Assembly: GCF_000179635.2 (NCBI RefSeq)
Contig: NC_014833.1
Coordinates: 1,620,001-1,652,000, forward strand
Reading direction: 5' to 3'
Source of the DNA: Ruminococcus albus 7 = DSM 20455
Lineage (GTDB): Bacteria > Bacillota > Clostridia > Oscillospirales > Ruminococcaceae
Length of the DNA: 32,000 nucleotides
Of this stretch, positions 8,485 to 16,236 are shown piece by piece. The first letter of the stretch is position 1. Every line of letters begins with the position of its first letter. The notes below the pieces were generated by a model. The model saw only the letters and a list, made by a program, of their open reading frames with translations, was not told where the DNA came from and made no database searches. Made by a program: the position numbers and the translations under genes.

Positions 8485-9167
8485 ATATGCAGTTTGATAA
8501 AGAATATTTTGAGGCACTGAACCGTTCATTCGATGCAGAATGCAGCAAGCTGGAAGAAGCAGAACTGCCTGAATTCACGCCCTCGGAGCAGTTCACTGAA
8601 AACATGGAAAACCTGATTCACCGCAAGCGAAAGCCTTATTTCAAGTGGATCGCAACCGGTTCCAGACGTGCAGCCTGCATCATCGGTGTCTTAATTGTCC
8701 TCGGTACGGTTACTGTCACGCAGGTTGATGCAGTGCGGATTCCGCTTCATAAGTTTTTTATCAATACATTCAGCAGGACGATTTCCGTGGATGATTCCTC
8801 CGATGCGCCGAAGGTAATCGACCGTTATTATGAGATCACAGCATTCCCCGCGGATTTTGAGCCGGAGCTGCAAACCAGCACACTGTACATGGAATCCACT
8901 TTTTTTCACTACACAAACCGGAATAATCCGAAGGAGTCACTGCTGTTCGGGCAATGCCTGTTGAAAGATTACCAAGATGTGGCGTACACCGGCGAACCTG
9001 AGCATTTCACAGATACAGACGGTACAGAATATCTGTTTCTGCATACGGCAAACGGCACAACGGCAGTCTGGAATAACAGTGAATACGCATTTTTCATCAT
9101 ATCAGATCGTGAGAAGGATGATCTATTGACAGTATGCCGATCACTTCGGATAAAAAATTTTTCGTGA
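8481..9167 (+). CDS. Membrane-anchored anti-sigma-like protein (DUF4367-type C-terminal domain)
   Basis: ATGA overlap with the sigma stop; the alternative ATG 8487 has better spacing to GGAGGAGGG. It has a single TM helix (AACIIGVLIVLGTVTVT). The extracytoplasmic domain ends ...GTEYLFLHTANGTTAVWNNSEYAFFIISD, as in DUF4367 proteins that follow clostridial ECF sigmas. Confidence 0.75.
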   Translation: MNMQFDKEYFEALNRSFDAECSKLEEAELPEFTPSEQFTENMENLIHRKRKPYFKWIATGSRRAACIIGVLIVLGTVTVTQVDAVRIPLHKFFINTFSRTISVDDSSDAPKVIDRYYEITAFPADFEPELQTSTLYMESTFFHYTNRNNPKESLLFGQCLLKDYQDVAYTGEPEHFTDTDGTEYLFLHTANGTTAVWNNSEYAFFIISDREKDDLLTVCRSLRIKNFS

Positions 9168-9244
9168 GCTGTCCAAAATTGCATATCAGATTCGTAACAG
9201 TGTATGGAAGCAAAATTCCGTACACTGTTTTTTGGAGGGAAAGC

Positions 9245-10495
9245 ATGAAACGAATCTTATGTCTCCTCTGCGCCTGCCTGCTACTGACAGGCTGCACAAG
9301 TGAATCTGAACCGGTGAGCAGCAACCCGTCAAACGGGCAGGATGCCCCGCAGCTTACGGTCTATTCCGGTGATCTGAACGAGTTGAAAGATATGCTCAAT
9401 GCCTGCCCGAATTTTCAGTGCGGCGATGATTTGACGGTCTCCGTTCCGGAAACCGCCAAGCTGTATGAATTTACTGTTCGGGAGCATCACGAAACGAATT
9501 ATGAAGCATTTGAAGCGAACTATCAGGCAGTGTTTCAGTATATCTTTCCGGACAGAGAAATGAACCAGTCAAATCTGCACTATGTAGGCGGCTATACATA
9601 TGATGATGACTTTGAATGGGGCAGCACACCGCTTCGGCTTGTGAAAGATTACCGTGCGGAGTTGGTATCCGGTGCGCTTGATTATGACGGATTAGGGTAT
9701 GATGATCCGAAAGACAAATTATATTGCGCAATCGGCTCAGCACTCGATCACGGCAATGCACTGATCAACAGGGGCGTTACACAGCGTCTGACAGAAAACG
9801 AAGCGAAACCGGACAACTTTTATCCGCAGGATGAGTATACATATCTGAAAACAGTTTCGCCGGACAGTACCGAGAAAGTGAAGCTTCTGAACGGTGAAAC
9901 AACGGTTCAGGATGCAGTCGCTGCGTTCTCAGCTTATATCGACAAGATGCCTTACCCGAAGGAGCAAAATGTCAAAACGGCAGTGCATTCCGTTGAGATC
10001 TATCAGGTTACTTCGGATGCCTGCGGGCTGCTTCTCCGCACTACTCCGGAGTACAGTGGTTTGCAGAATGATTACTGGAGCTACAGCTCATATCGCGGAC
10101 TCATCGAATACATTTACCCGCTTTCGTATTGGGCTTGGATGATCGAAACGGACAAGCCGGATGAAATGATGTCGTATTTTCGGTATCGGCATCTGGAAAA
10201 TGTACGCAGCATCAACAAAATCGCTGATATGCAGACAGCAGTTCAAACAATCAGTGATAATCTATCCGCAGCGGTCACATTTGATGTACTGCAAATCGAG
10301 TTTGTTTATCAGCAGAAGTATATTCCCGATGAAAACGGTCATGTCGATCTGAAAAACGGGCAGCCCTGCACCTCGCGGCCGGTCTGGAAATTCACGCTGC
10401 AAAATCCGAATGATACGATGATGTATGTATGCTGGCTTGATGCAGAAACGGCATCGGATTTCGAGTACATCTGTTTCAGTGAGGACGAATCATGA
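9245..10495 (+). CDS. Lipoprotein of unknown function (416 aa)
   Basis: GGAGGG RBS. MKRILCLLCACLLLTGCTSESEP has the lipobox LLTGC. The track start 9134 lies inside the previous gene and lacks an RBS. Confidence 0.8.
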   Translation: MKRILCLLCACLLLTGCTSESEPVSSNPSNGQDAPQLTVYSGDLNELKDMLNACPNFQCGDDLTVSVPETAKLYEFTVREHHETNYEAFEANYQAVFQYIFPDREMNQSNLHYVGGYTYDDDFEWGSTPLRLVKDYRAELVSGALDYDGLGYDDPKDKLYCAIGSALDHGNALINRGVTQRLTENEAKPDNFYPQDEYTYLKTVSPDSTEKVKLLNGETTVQDAVAAFSAYIDKMPYPKEQNVKTAVHSVEIYQVTSDACGLLLRTTPEYSGLQNDYWSYSSYRGLIEYIYPLSYWAWMIETDKPDEMMSYFRYRHLENVRSINKIADMQTAVQTISDNLSAAVTFDVLQIEFVYQQKYIPDENGHVDLKNGQPCTSRPVWKFTLQNPNDTMMYVCWLDAETASDFEYICFSEDES

Positions 10496-11388
10496 AGCTG
10501 CTACGGTCAATCGGAGTGGATCTCCGGCGGGCAGTTTTCAGTGTGGGATTTCTCTGCTGTGTGCTCGGTGTGTTTTTGATGTGCTTTGCAAATACGGTCG
10601 GATTTGATCCGCTGACAATGGATCCGCTGACGATCCCCGCAGCACTGATGCGCCCCGATCTGGTGAAGCAGGATGTGCATTACTGTGCATTCTATGTGTT
10701 CACGGCAGGCAGCCCGCTCTGGGTGACAATGTTTACGCCGGTGCTTGCGGCATTTGCTTATGTACCGCTTCTTTGCGATGAACGCCGCACACAGCTCAGC
10801 CGCCTGCTGATCGCAAGGCAGGGAAAACTGCGGTATACGGCAGCACATATCTTCGGCGCAATGCTGACAGGCGGTCTGACAATGCTCTGCGGATTTGCAC
10901 TGTTTGGTATTGCTGATGTGATCCTGTTTCCGTCACTGCAAAGCTACGATGCTGCGGCAATTTCTTACTTTCTAGAGGAACAGTCAGCGGGCTATCCTGA
11001 AATGATAGCGGAGAAAATATGCGCCGGTGCATTTACCCACGCAATTTTGCTGAAATGTTCGGAGATGTTCCTGTTCGGGGCTGTATCTGCATTGCCTGCG
11101 CTTGCCTGTGCAGCAATCACACAAAACAAATACACGGTACTTTGCCTGCCGTTCTTTGCGGCGTATTCATGGAATCAGTTGATTACACGACTCTCTGCAA
11201 GAGCATTTATGCAGCCGGAAACGAATATGAATTGGCTTCGCTTTCTGGCAGTATGCCCGACTAATTCTGTGCTTTCTGTTTTTGAGCACAGTACAGCGGA
11301 GATTCTTGCACTGCACGGCAGCATTGCGCTGTTGATGATGTTTCTCTTCATCGGAATCATGCAAAGGAGGCGGGACTGTGGCACATAG
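10492..11388 (+). CDS. ABC-2-type transporter permease (multi-pass membrane protein)
   Basis: ATGA overlap with the lipoprotein gene. 298 aa with about 6 hydrophobic segments. It precedes a second permease and an ABC ATPase. Confidence 0.7.
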   Translation: MKLLRSIGVDLRRAVFSVGFLCCVLGVFLMCFANTVGFDPLTMDPLTIPAALMRPDLVKQDVHYCAFYVFTAGSPLWVTMFTPVLAAFAYVPLLCDERRTQLSRLLIARQGKLRYTAAHIFGAMLTGGLTMLCGFALFGIADVILFPSLQSYDAAAISYFLEEQSAGYPEMIAEKICAGAFTHAILLKCSEMFLFGAVSALPALACAAITQNKYTVLCLPFFAAYSWNQLITRLSARAFMQPETNMNWLRFLAVCPTNSVLSVFEHSTAEILALHGSIALLMMFLFIGIMQRRRDCGT

Positions 11389-12247
11389 AACCATACAAAA
11401 GGCTTGGGCAGTTGCCGTAACGGAATGGGGAAAATGGCTGCGGAATCCGCGTATGATGATCGCACTAATGCTTGTGATCGTTGCACGGACGCTCGCTGTT
11501 GAGCCGTTGAACACACGAACCGCCGAAAGCGGATCGCCAATGAACATTTTTGAACCGATGATCGCAGTTGGCAATTCCGGAATGCTCGTGATGCTCCTTC
11601 CGGCTGTGTTTCTGATCCTCATGAGTGACTACCCTGTGCTGGAATCGAACTCTCTGCTGTATCTCTCCCGCACCGGAAAACGTGCGTGGTTCTGGGGGCA
11701 GATTCTCTTTGCGGTCATGAGCATTCTGACATATTTAGGCTGTATTTTTCTGCTTGTGACGCTCTCCTCACTCGGCAATACAGAATACAGCTTATCATGG
11801 AGTGAAGCAACACGCACCTTCATCGCGCGGAATCCTGAAAAAGCAGACAGCTTTCTTGCGGAGCTGCTGCCGTCCAATCTGTATAATCAGCTCACATTGC
11901 CGCAGGCGATTTTTTACACATTTACGCTGCTTGCATTGTATCTGTTCTTGATGTGTATGATTTTGCTGATGTTTACCATGCTAAAGCGGCGCACGATCGG
12001 TGTTTTGTCTGCATACGGCGTGCTGCTTTGCGGTGTTATCACCTGTGCCGCACGGCTGCATAGTATGTGGATGTTCCCGATGGCAAATTCGATTATCTGG
12101 CTGCATTATACCGAAATATTGCGCAAACCGATATACCCGATTTTGAATTCATATCTGTATTTAGGTGTGTTTAGCGCGGTATTCTTTGCCGTCAACCGTT
12201 TTTTGCTGCGCAGAATGGAATTTGAACAAACGGAGGTGCTGACATGA
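11378..12247 (+). CDS. ABC-2-type transporter permease, second subunit
   Basis: GTG start 6 nt after AGGAGG, overlapping the upstream stop. 289 aa, multi-pass hydrophobic. Confidence 0.7.
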   Translation: MAHRTIQKAWAVAVTEWGKWLRNPRMMIALMLVIVARTLAVEPLNTRTAESGSPMNIFEPMIAVGNSGMLVMLLPAVFLILMSDYPVLESNSLLYLSRTGKRAWFWGQILFAVMSILTYLGCIFLLVTLSSLGNTEYSLSWSEATRTFIARNPEKADSFLAELLPSNLYNQLTLPQAIFYTFTLLALYLFLMCMILLMFTMLKRRTIGVLSAYGVLLCGVITCAARLHSMWMFPMANSIIWLHYTEILRKPIYPILNSYLYLGVFSAVFFAVNRFLLRRMEFEQTEVLT

Positions 12248-12888
12248 TAGAGGTTCAGGGACTTTCGCTGACAATCAGCAAAACAGAGATACTGAAACAC
12301 ATTGATATCAGATTAGAATCCGGCAAGATTCACGGGCTGATCGGCAGGAACGGCAGCGGCAAAACAATGCTGATGAAGTGCATCTGCGGATTTGTGCGCC
12401 CGACTGCAGGCAGTGTGACCGTTGCCGGAAAACAGATCGGAAAGGACTGCGATTTTCCGGAATCGGTCGGTCTGATTATCGAAACACCGGGGTTTATTCC
12501 GTATTATTCAGGTTATCGGAATCTAAAGCTGCTTGCTGATTTGAATAAGCGAATCAGCAAAGACAAGATTCGCAGTACCATGCAAACGGTCGGACTTGAT
12601 CCCGACCTGAAACGCCATGTGCGGAAATATTCTCTCGGAATGCGGCAGCGTTTGGGGCTGGCTCAGGCAATCATGGAAAATCCCGATCTGCTGATTCTCG
12701 ACGAGCCAATGAACGGGCTTGACAAGGAGGGTGTTGCGGATATGCGGAAATACCTCCTTGACCTCAAAGCACAGGGCAAAACAATTCTGATTGCTTCGCA
12801 CTCTGCGGAGGATATCTCTGTATTATGCGATACTGTATGTGAAATGGACAAGGGCGTGCTAATGAAACAGAGAGGATTTCCAGTTTGA
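12244..12888 (+). CDS. ABC transporter ATP-binding protein
   Basis: ATGA overlap with the upstream gene. Walker A is GRNGSGKT, the signature is YSLGMRQR, Walker B is LLILDEP and the H-loop is ASHS. Confidence 0.9.
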   Translation: MIEVQGLSLTISKTEILKHIDIRLESGKIHGLIGRNGSGKTMLMKCICGFVRPTAGSVTVAGKQIGKDCDFPESVGLIIETPGFIPYYSGYRNLKLLADLNKRISKDKIRSTMQTVGLDPDLKRHVRKYSLGMRQRLGLAQAIMENPDLLILDEPMNGLDKEGVADMRKYLLDLKAQGKTILIASHSAEDISVLCDTVCEMDKGVLMKQRGFPV

Positions 12889-12906
12889 GGAAGCATTATA
12901 ACTTAT

Positions 12907-12931
12907 AAAAGGGGCTGCAACAGCCCTTTTT
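12907..12931 (+). terminator. Rho-independent terminator of the sigma/ABC operon
   Basis: AAAA GGGCTG CAA CAGCCC TTTTT. Confidence 0.7.
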
Positions 12932-12959
12932 ATAGTCCGTATAATTGTACTCGTTTCAA

Positions 12960-12988
12960 TTGACAAGCAAGAACGTTCGTGATATAAT
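12960..12988 (+). promoter_or_regulatory. Consensus sigma-A promoter
   Basis: TTGACA (12960-12965), exactly 17 nt, TATAAT (12983-12988). Confidence 0.6.
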
Positions 12989-13005
12989 ATATACAAATCA
13001 AACAT

Positions 13006-13170
13006 ATGTGCATATCAAGATTAATCCAAACCGAAAGAAGGTGTATACCCGCAATATATCATTTCAACGTCAAAATGGTCACTCGAACGAGTGGTGGATC
13101 ATGTGTAGCAAGTGCCGCATACATCGCAGGAGAGAAGATCAAGAATGAGCGTGATGGTTCAAAGTCATAA
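13006..13170 (+). pseudogene. MobA/MobL (MOBQ-type) relaxase, N-terminal ~40-codon relic
   Basis: Hand translation: ...P AIYHFNVKMVTRTSGGSCVASAAYIAGEKIKNERDGSKS*. This matches the invariant relaxase N-terminus (M)AIYH.SVK.ISR..G.SAVA.AAY..GEK..NE.DG, including the catalytic-Tyr context. The native ATG is replaced, and a stop occurs after about 54 codons where relaxases run several hundred aa. Confidence 0.7.
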
Positions 13171-13206
13171 AAATTAATTATATACAAAGAGAAGAAGGAT
13201 GATGTT

Positions 13207-13386
13207 ATGTTTAATACAAAAAAATTAGTTTCACTGGTTATGTCTGTGGTTGTTGGCTGTACAATGGTGACAGCGATACCTGCGAATGCAAAATGCTATG
13301 AAAACAAAGGGTCAGGTTTCAAAGCGGTCAACAATTTTACAGCGTATAACAGAGAGTTTTCCATATCACGCCTGCGGAAGCTTTAA
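13207..13386 (+). CDS. 59-codon ORF with a convincing Sec signal peptide (orphan 5' gene fragment or small secreted peptide)
   Basis: AAGGA RBS. MFNTKKLVSLVMSVVVGCTMVTAIPANA|KCYENKGSGFKAVNNFTAYNREFSISRLRKL. Its 3' half overlaps, in another frame, a region with better homology support (next feature). Confidence 0.3.
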   Translation: MFNTKKLVSLVMSVVVGCTMVTAIPANAKCYENKGSGFKAVNNFTAYNREFSISRLRKL

Positions 13387-13732
13387 AAATAATCTCAAAG
13401 AAATATTAAGAGGAGATAAGAGCATTTTAAGTTATAGAGCCGATCAGCCTTTGGATATCAAGAAGACCTGTATCGGACTGAAATACGATAAGGACACAAA
13501 TACTTATTATGTAACTCTTGTTCTGCTAAACAAAAATGGCGTCAAGCATTATAAGTGGAATGGCGCCATACCCGAGGATATCATGATGAAGATACTCATC
13601 TACGGCCACATGAACGACTCTTTTTCAACTGAGTTCCTTTTGCTGGGACTTGCATACAACATAAAGAAGCTTTTTGCTAAGATCTCAGAAAACCGACTTG
13701 GAATTTCTCTTTTTGAACTGAAAACGGCATAA
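13271..13732 (+). pseudogene. Mosaic ORF: Cas12f/TnpB-like internal fragment (about 13271-13590) fused to a DDE-transposase (IS1182/IS5-like) C-terminal tail (about 13600-13732)
   Basis: MKTKGQVSKRSTILQRITESF...FKNNLKEILRGDKSILSYRADQPLDIKKTCIGLKYDKDTNTYYVTLVLLNK parallels, from memory, the AsCas12f segment IKTKAYRLNSGNLSQTIKRATDRFKAYQKEILRGDMSIPSYKRDIPLDLIKENISV...DYIASLSLLSN. The tail FSTEFLLLGLAYNIKKLFAKI resembles IS1182/IS5 transposase C-termini. No RuvC or zinc-finger part is present. Confidence 0.4.
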
Positions 13733-13937
13733 AAACCAGCAGAACATAACACCCCCGAGTCCACTTTTTTGAAGAGGGCTTTGGTGTTACTACATCGCTA
13801 ACGTTTTAGTTTAATCTAATTTATATTTCTTTTGTATGAGTATGAGCCTACAATTATTAAGACTGCGCGCACTGTATCAAAACTTACAACAAATCATATA
13901 TAAATATGTAATTTGTAACAATTCAAATCGTATATTA

Positions 13938-13966
13938 TTGATTTTTATGAAACTGTATGATATAAT
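13938..13966 (+). promoter_or_regulatory. Putative sigma-A promoter of the dockerin-lectin gene
   Basis: TTGATT (13938-13943), 17 nt, TATAAT (13961-13966), about 100 nt upstream of the ATG. Confidence 0.45.
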
Positions 13967-14067
13967 TTCATAAATGATTTGATCAAACATTTTACATACA
14001 AAACCCAAGTGCTAGCTCTGATGGGTTAAAATTTAAAAGTAATAAAGAAAAAAGGAATTATAATATT

Positions 14068-15261
14068 ATGACTAATTTTAATAAAAAACTGGCTTCGGCT
14101 TTAGCAGTAGTCACTTTATTTACATGTGCATCATCGACTTGCCTGACAGCATCAGCAAGTAATTTTATCGGTGATGTTAACAACGATAACAGAGTCGATA
14201 ATAATGACGTGAATCTTCTGCAACGTTATGTTGTTTACAAAGACGTGTCAATCAACCGTGGTAATGCTGATATAAATGGTGATGGAAATGTAAATATTGC
14301 CGATGTAGTGTCATTACAAAAGATGACTAATAATAATAGAGGCAGTTCTATCTCCTGTACTTCGAAGAATAACACCCTACTTAGCAAAGGTCAGCAGTTG
14401 ACCTCTCCAGATGGCAAATACTTCGCTATCATGCAGAAAGACGGTAATTTTGTTGTATATTACAAAACACCAGTAAAGAATATTGTAATCTGGGCAACAT
14501 ATACACAAAATAATCCCGGAGCATACCTTGCATTACAGCAGGATGGAAACCTTGTTGTCTATAATAGTTCATCTCGTTGGATCTGGCAATCCAAAACAAG
14601 CAATCGTCCATTTTCAGATTATATTCTCTCGCTCGGTAATGACGGAATTCTGAGACTTAGGCGAAAAAAAGATGGTAGGCAGCTTTGGAGCAGCCCAAAT
14701 AATTATCCGAATCTGATTAGTCAAGCACAAAGCAGAGTCAAAGCAAGACATCAGTATTCTTCTATTGATGAAGCAGCAAAAGATTTTATAATTGCTTATA
14801 ACGGCATGTCAGTTAATCAGAACAGAGAGTATGGTGCAGGCATTGTAAAGGTTGGAAACAAATATACATTTAATCATATTGTTTGGGGACCTGTCAGAAA
14901 CAGTGTTAATGGTGAATTAGGCGATGATAATTGGAATGAAATAAATTCTTCAGATGCCGTTGCTTATGTTCATACACATGGTAAGGTATGGAATGGAGAT
15001 AAAGCAAATCTTGTATTTTCTCCAGATGATATGAATGTTGTAGATGATTCCGATCATCTTCAGTATGCTTATCTTGGCAACGAGCATGGTGATGTATATA
15101 GGTATAAGAAGAACTCAACTCATTACAGCTATAATGATTATAGAAATAATGGATTGGCAAGCGGTGATCTGATCGCAACTTATCCGCAATATTCATATTT
15201 ATATTCAAACGATACCTCTTTTAGGCAGAATAACAATCCCGGCATATACAGACTCGGATAA
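14068..15261 (+). CDS. Secreted dockerin (type I) / bulb-type mannose-binding lectin (MMBL) / DUF4329-like protein; lectin-like bacteriocin candidate
   Basis: The signal peptide is MTNFNKKLASALAVVTLFTCASSTCLTASA. The dockerin duplicated Ca-loops are GDVNNDNRVDNNDVNLLQRYVV and ADINGDGNVNIADVVSLQKM. Two intact QxDxNxVxY motifs (QKDGNFVVY 14434-14460, QQDGNLVVY 14536-14562) are followed by a degenerate third (GNDGILRLR). The C-terminal IDEAAKDFIIAYNGMSVNQNREYGAGIVKVGNKYTFNHIVWGP...AYVHTHG...FSPDDM fits DUF4329. Confidence 0.85.
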   Translation: MTNFNKKLASALAVVTLFTCASSTCLTASASNFIGDVNNDNRVDNNDVNLLQRYVVYKDVSINRGNADINGDGNVNIADVVSLQKMTNNNRGSSISCTSKNNTLLSKGQQLTSPDGKYFAIMQKDGNFVVYYKTPVKNIVIWATYTQNNPGAYLALQQDGNLVVYNSSSRWIWQSKTSNRPFSDYILSLGNDGILRLRRKKDGRQLWSSPNNYPNLISQAQSRVKARHQYSSIDEAAKDFIIAYNGMSVNQNREYGAGIVKVGNKYTFNHIVWGPVRNSVNGELGDDNWNEINSSDAVAYVHTHGKVWNGDKANLVFSPDDMNVVDDSDHLQYAYLGNEHGDVYRYKKNSTHYSYNDYRNNGLASGDLIATYPQYSYLYSNDTSFRQNNNPGIYRLG

Positions 15262-15503
15262 TAACGAACCGTAAATTGATCATTATTGTAAGTATCTATA
15301 TTACATAATTGTACATATTGGCTCTTATAATATATTGGATTCGAAAGCTTCGAAGTACTGACGGTTTAATGGACTTACAATGAAGCGTGATCGTTGTAGT
15401 ATATAGTTGATGATCGTTTCCGTGTCGGTTATGTGTTGAAATGATCTGATCGAAGATGAATATATCATCTTGATGGATACTACTTTATTTATAAAACGTA
15501 ACC

Positions 15504-15547
15504 TAAAAAAATCACCCCTTGCTGAGATTACATCTTGGCAGGGGTGC
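15504..15547 (-). terminator. Orphan rho-independent terminator on the minus strand
   Basis: Minus strand reads CACCCCTGCC...GCAAGGGGTG followed by ATTTTTTT. No credible minus-strand gene lies upstream of it. Confidence 0.5.
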
Positions 15548-15611
15548 TCTTTGTACTAGAAGAAGATTAGGATCTCTTATCTCAAATGGAGTGGAGTTTT
15601 GACTTTGATGA

Positions 15612-15827
15612 TTGTTCGGTAAAGCGTCGTATGTCCTGTATGAAGGCTTGGATGATTTTCGTCGCAAGATGTATGACGGGATCAAGGATATGTACGAACA
15701 TACAAATGATTTGACATATAGGTACAATTTTCAGATTGAAAGCGAAGTGCTGGACAATTTTGAAAACGACTTAGATTTTATAGAGGACGTTGTTGCAAAG
15801 GATTATCCGCAGTATTACCAGTATTAA
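15612..15827 (+). CDS. Hypothetical small acidic protein, possibly a gene fragment
   Basis: TTG start with a poor RBS; the internal ATG gives MYDGIKDMYEHTNDLTYRYNFQIESEVLDNFENDLDFIEDVVAKDYPQYYQY. No family recognised. Confidence 0.25.
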   Translation: MFGKASYVLYEGLDDFRRKMYDGIKDMYEHTNDLTYRYNFQIESEVLDNFENDLDFIEDVVAKDYPQYYQY

Positions 15828-15899
15828 AACAATAGTTTTTACATAATAACTTACAACAAACTAGGCAAGAATAATGATGGATATGAGGTAATAGAACTA

Positions 15900-16235
15900 T
15901 ATCAGGCTTATATATACCGCTCCGACTGCCACAGCTGCACGGACATTTTGCCCACGCTTGCCGCTGACTGCCCACGGGCACTGCACGGCAAAATATGATA
16001 TACTTGATATGGCACGTCAATGACGTGACTACATATCAAGGAGGTCTATCATATGGTGGACTACAAAGAGATACTCAGGTTTACTAGTATTGGTTACAGT
16101 CTGAGGCAAACAGCTGCAAGCGTAGGACATTCTCATCATACCGTCAAGAATGTTCTGGAACTTGCTGAAAAATGTGGTATCGAATGGCCTGTCGATGACG
16201 ATGTAACTAACGTCGAACTTCTCATATGATACAGA
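15900..16235 (+). mobile_element. IS21-family remnant (left end plus first 58 codons of istA)
   Basis: Repeated TGCACGG(A)CA(A/T)TT motifs at about 15935-16000, as in multi-repeat IS21 termini, are followed by the truncated istA. The left boundary is approximate. Confidence 0.55.
16053..16229 (+). pseudogene. istA: IS21-family transposase IstA, N-terminal HTH fragment (58 aa)
   Basis: AGGAGG RBS. MVDYKEILRFTSIGYSLRQTAASVGHSHHTVKNVLELAEKCGIEWPVDDDVTNVELLI* matches the conserved clostridial IstA N-terminus (M..YREILRLHS.G.SQRQIA.SV..SR.TV.EV...AE..GI.WPL.DD..N.EL). Full-length IstA is several hundred aa. Confidence 0.75.
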
Positions 16236-16236
16236 A

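Noticed and set aside
9134-9244. Upstream extensions of track ORFs (9134 for the lipoprotein; likewise 27603 for the protease, 20135 for the amidoligase, 7279 and 7578 for the small ORFs, 6527 for the partner protein, 1536 for IS66 orf1)
   Set aside because: In each case an internal ATG is preceded by a strong GGAGG-type RBS and yields a proper signal peptide or N-terminus. The extensions overlap upstream genes or terminators.
8082-11622. Long alternative-frame and antisense ORFs across the sigma/ABC island (for example 8155-8529 minus, 10507-10848 minus, 11167-11622 minus, 9894-10142 plus)
   Set aside because: The GC-richer DNA suppresses stops in wrong frames. The plus-strand operon has motifs, RBSs and coupled starts, and these ORFs have none.
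12911-12926. Shared hairpin GGGGCTGCAACAGCCC at 12911-12926 and 31480-31495 as possible att sites or element boundaries
   Set aside because: Only about 16-17 nt are shared, the flanks are unrelated, and the sequence is a generic GC-stem terminator. That is insufficient to argue for recombination sites.
12945-13148. 67-aa track ORF MYSFQLTSKNVRD...
   Set aside because: It starts upstream of, and runs through, the consensus promoter in the wrong frame. The relaxase-homologous reading is the other frame (13006-13170).
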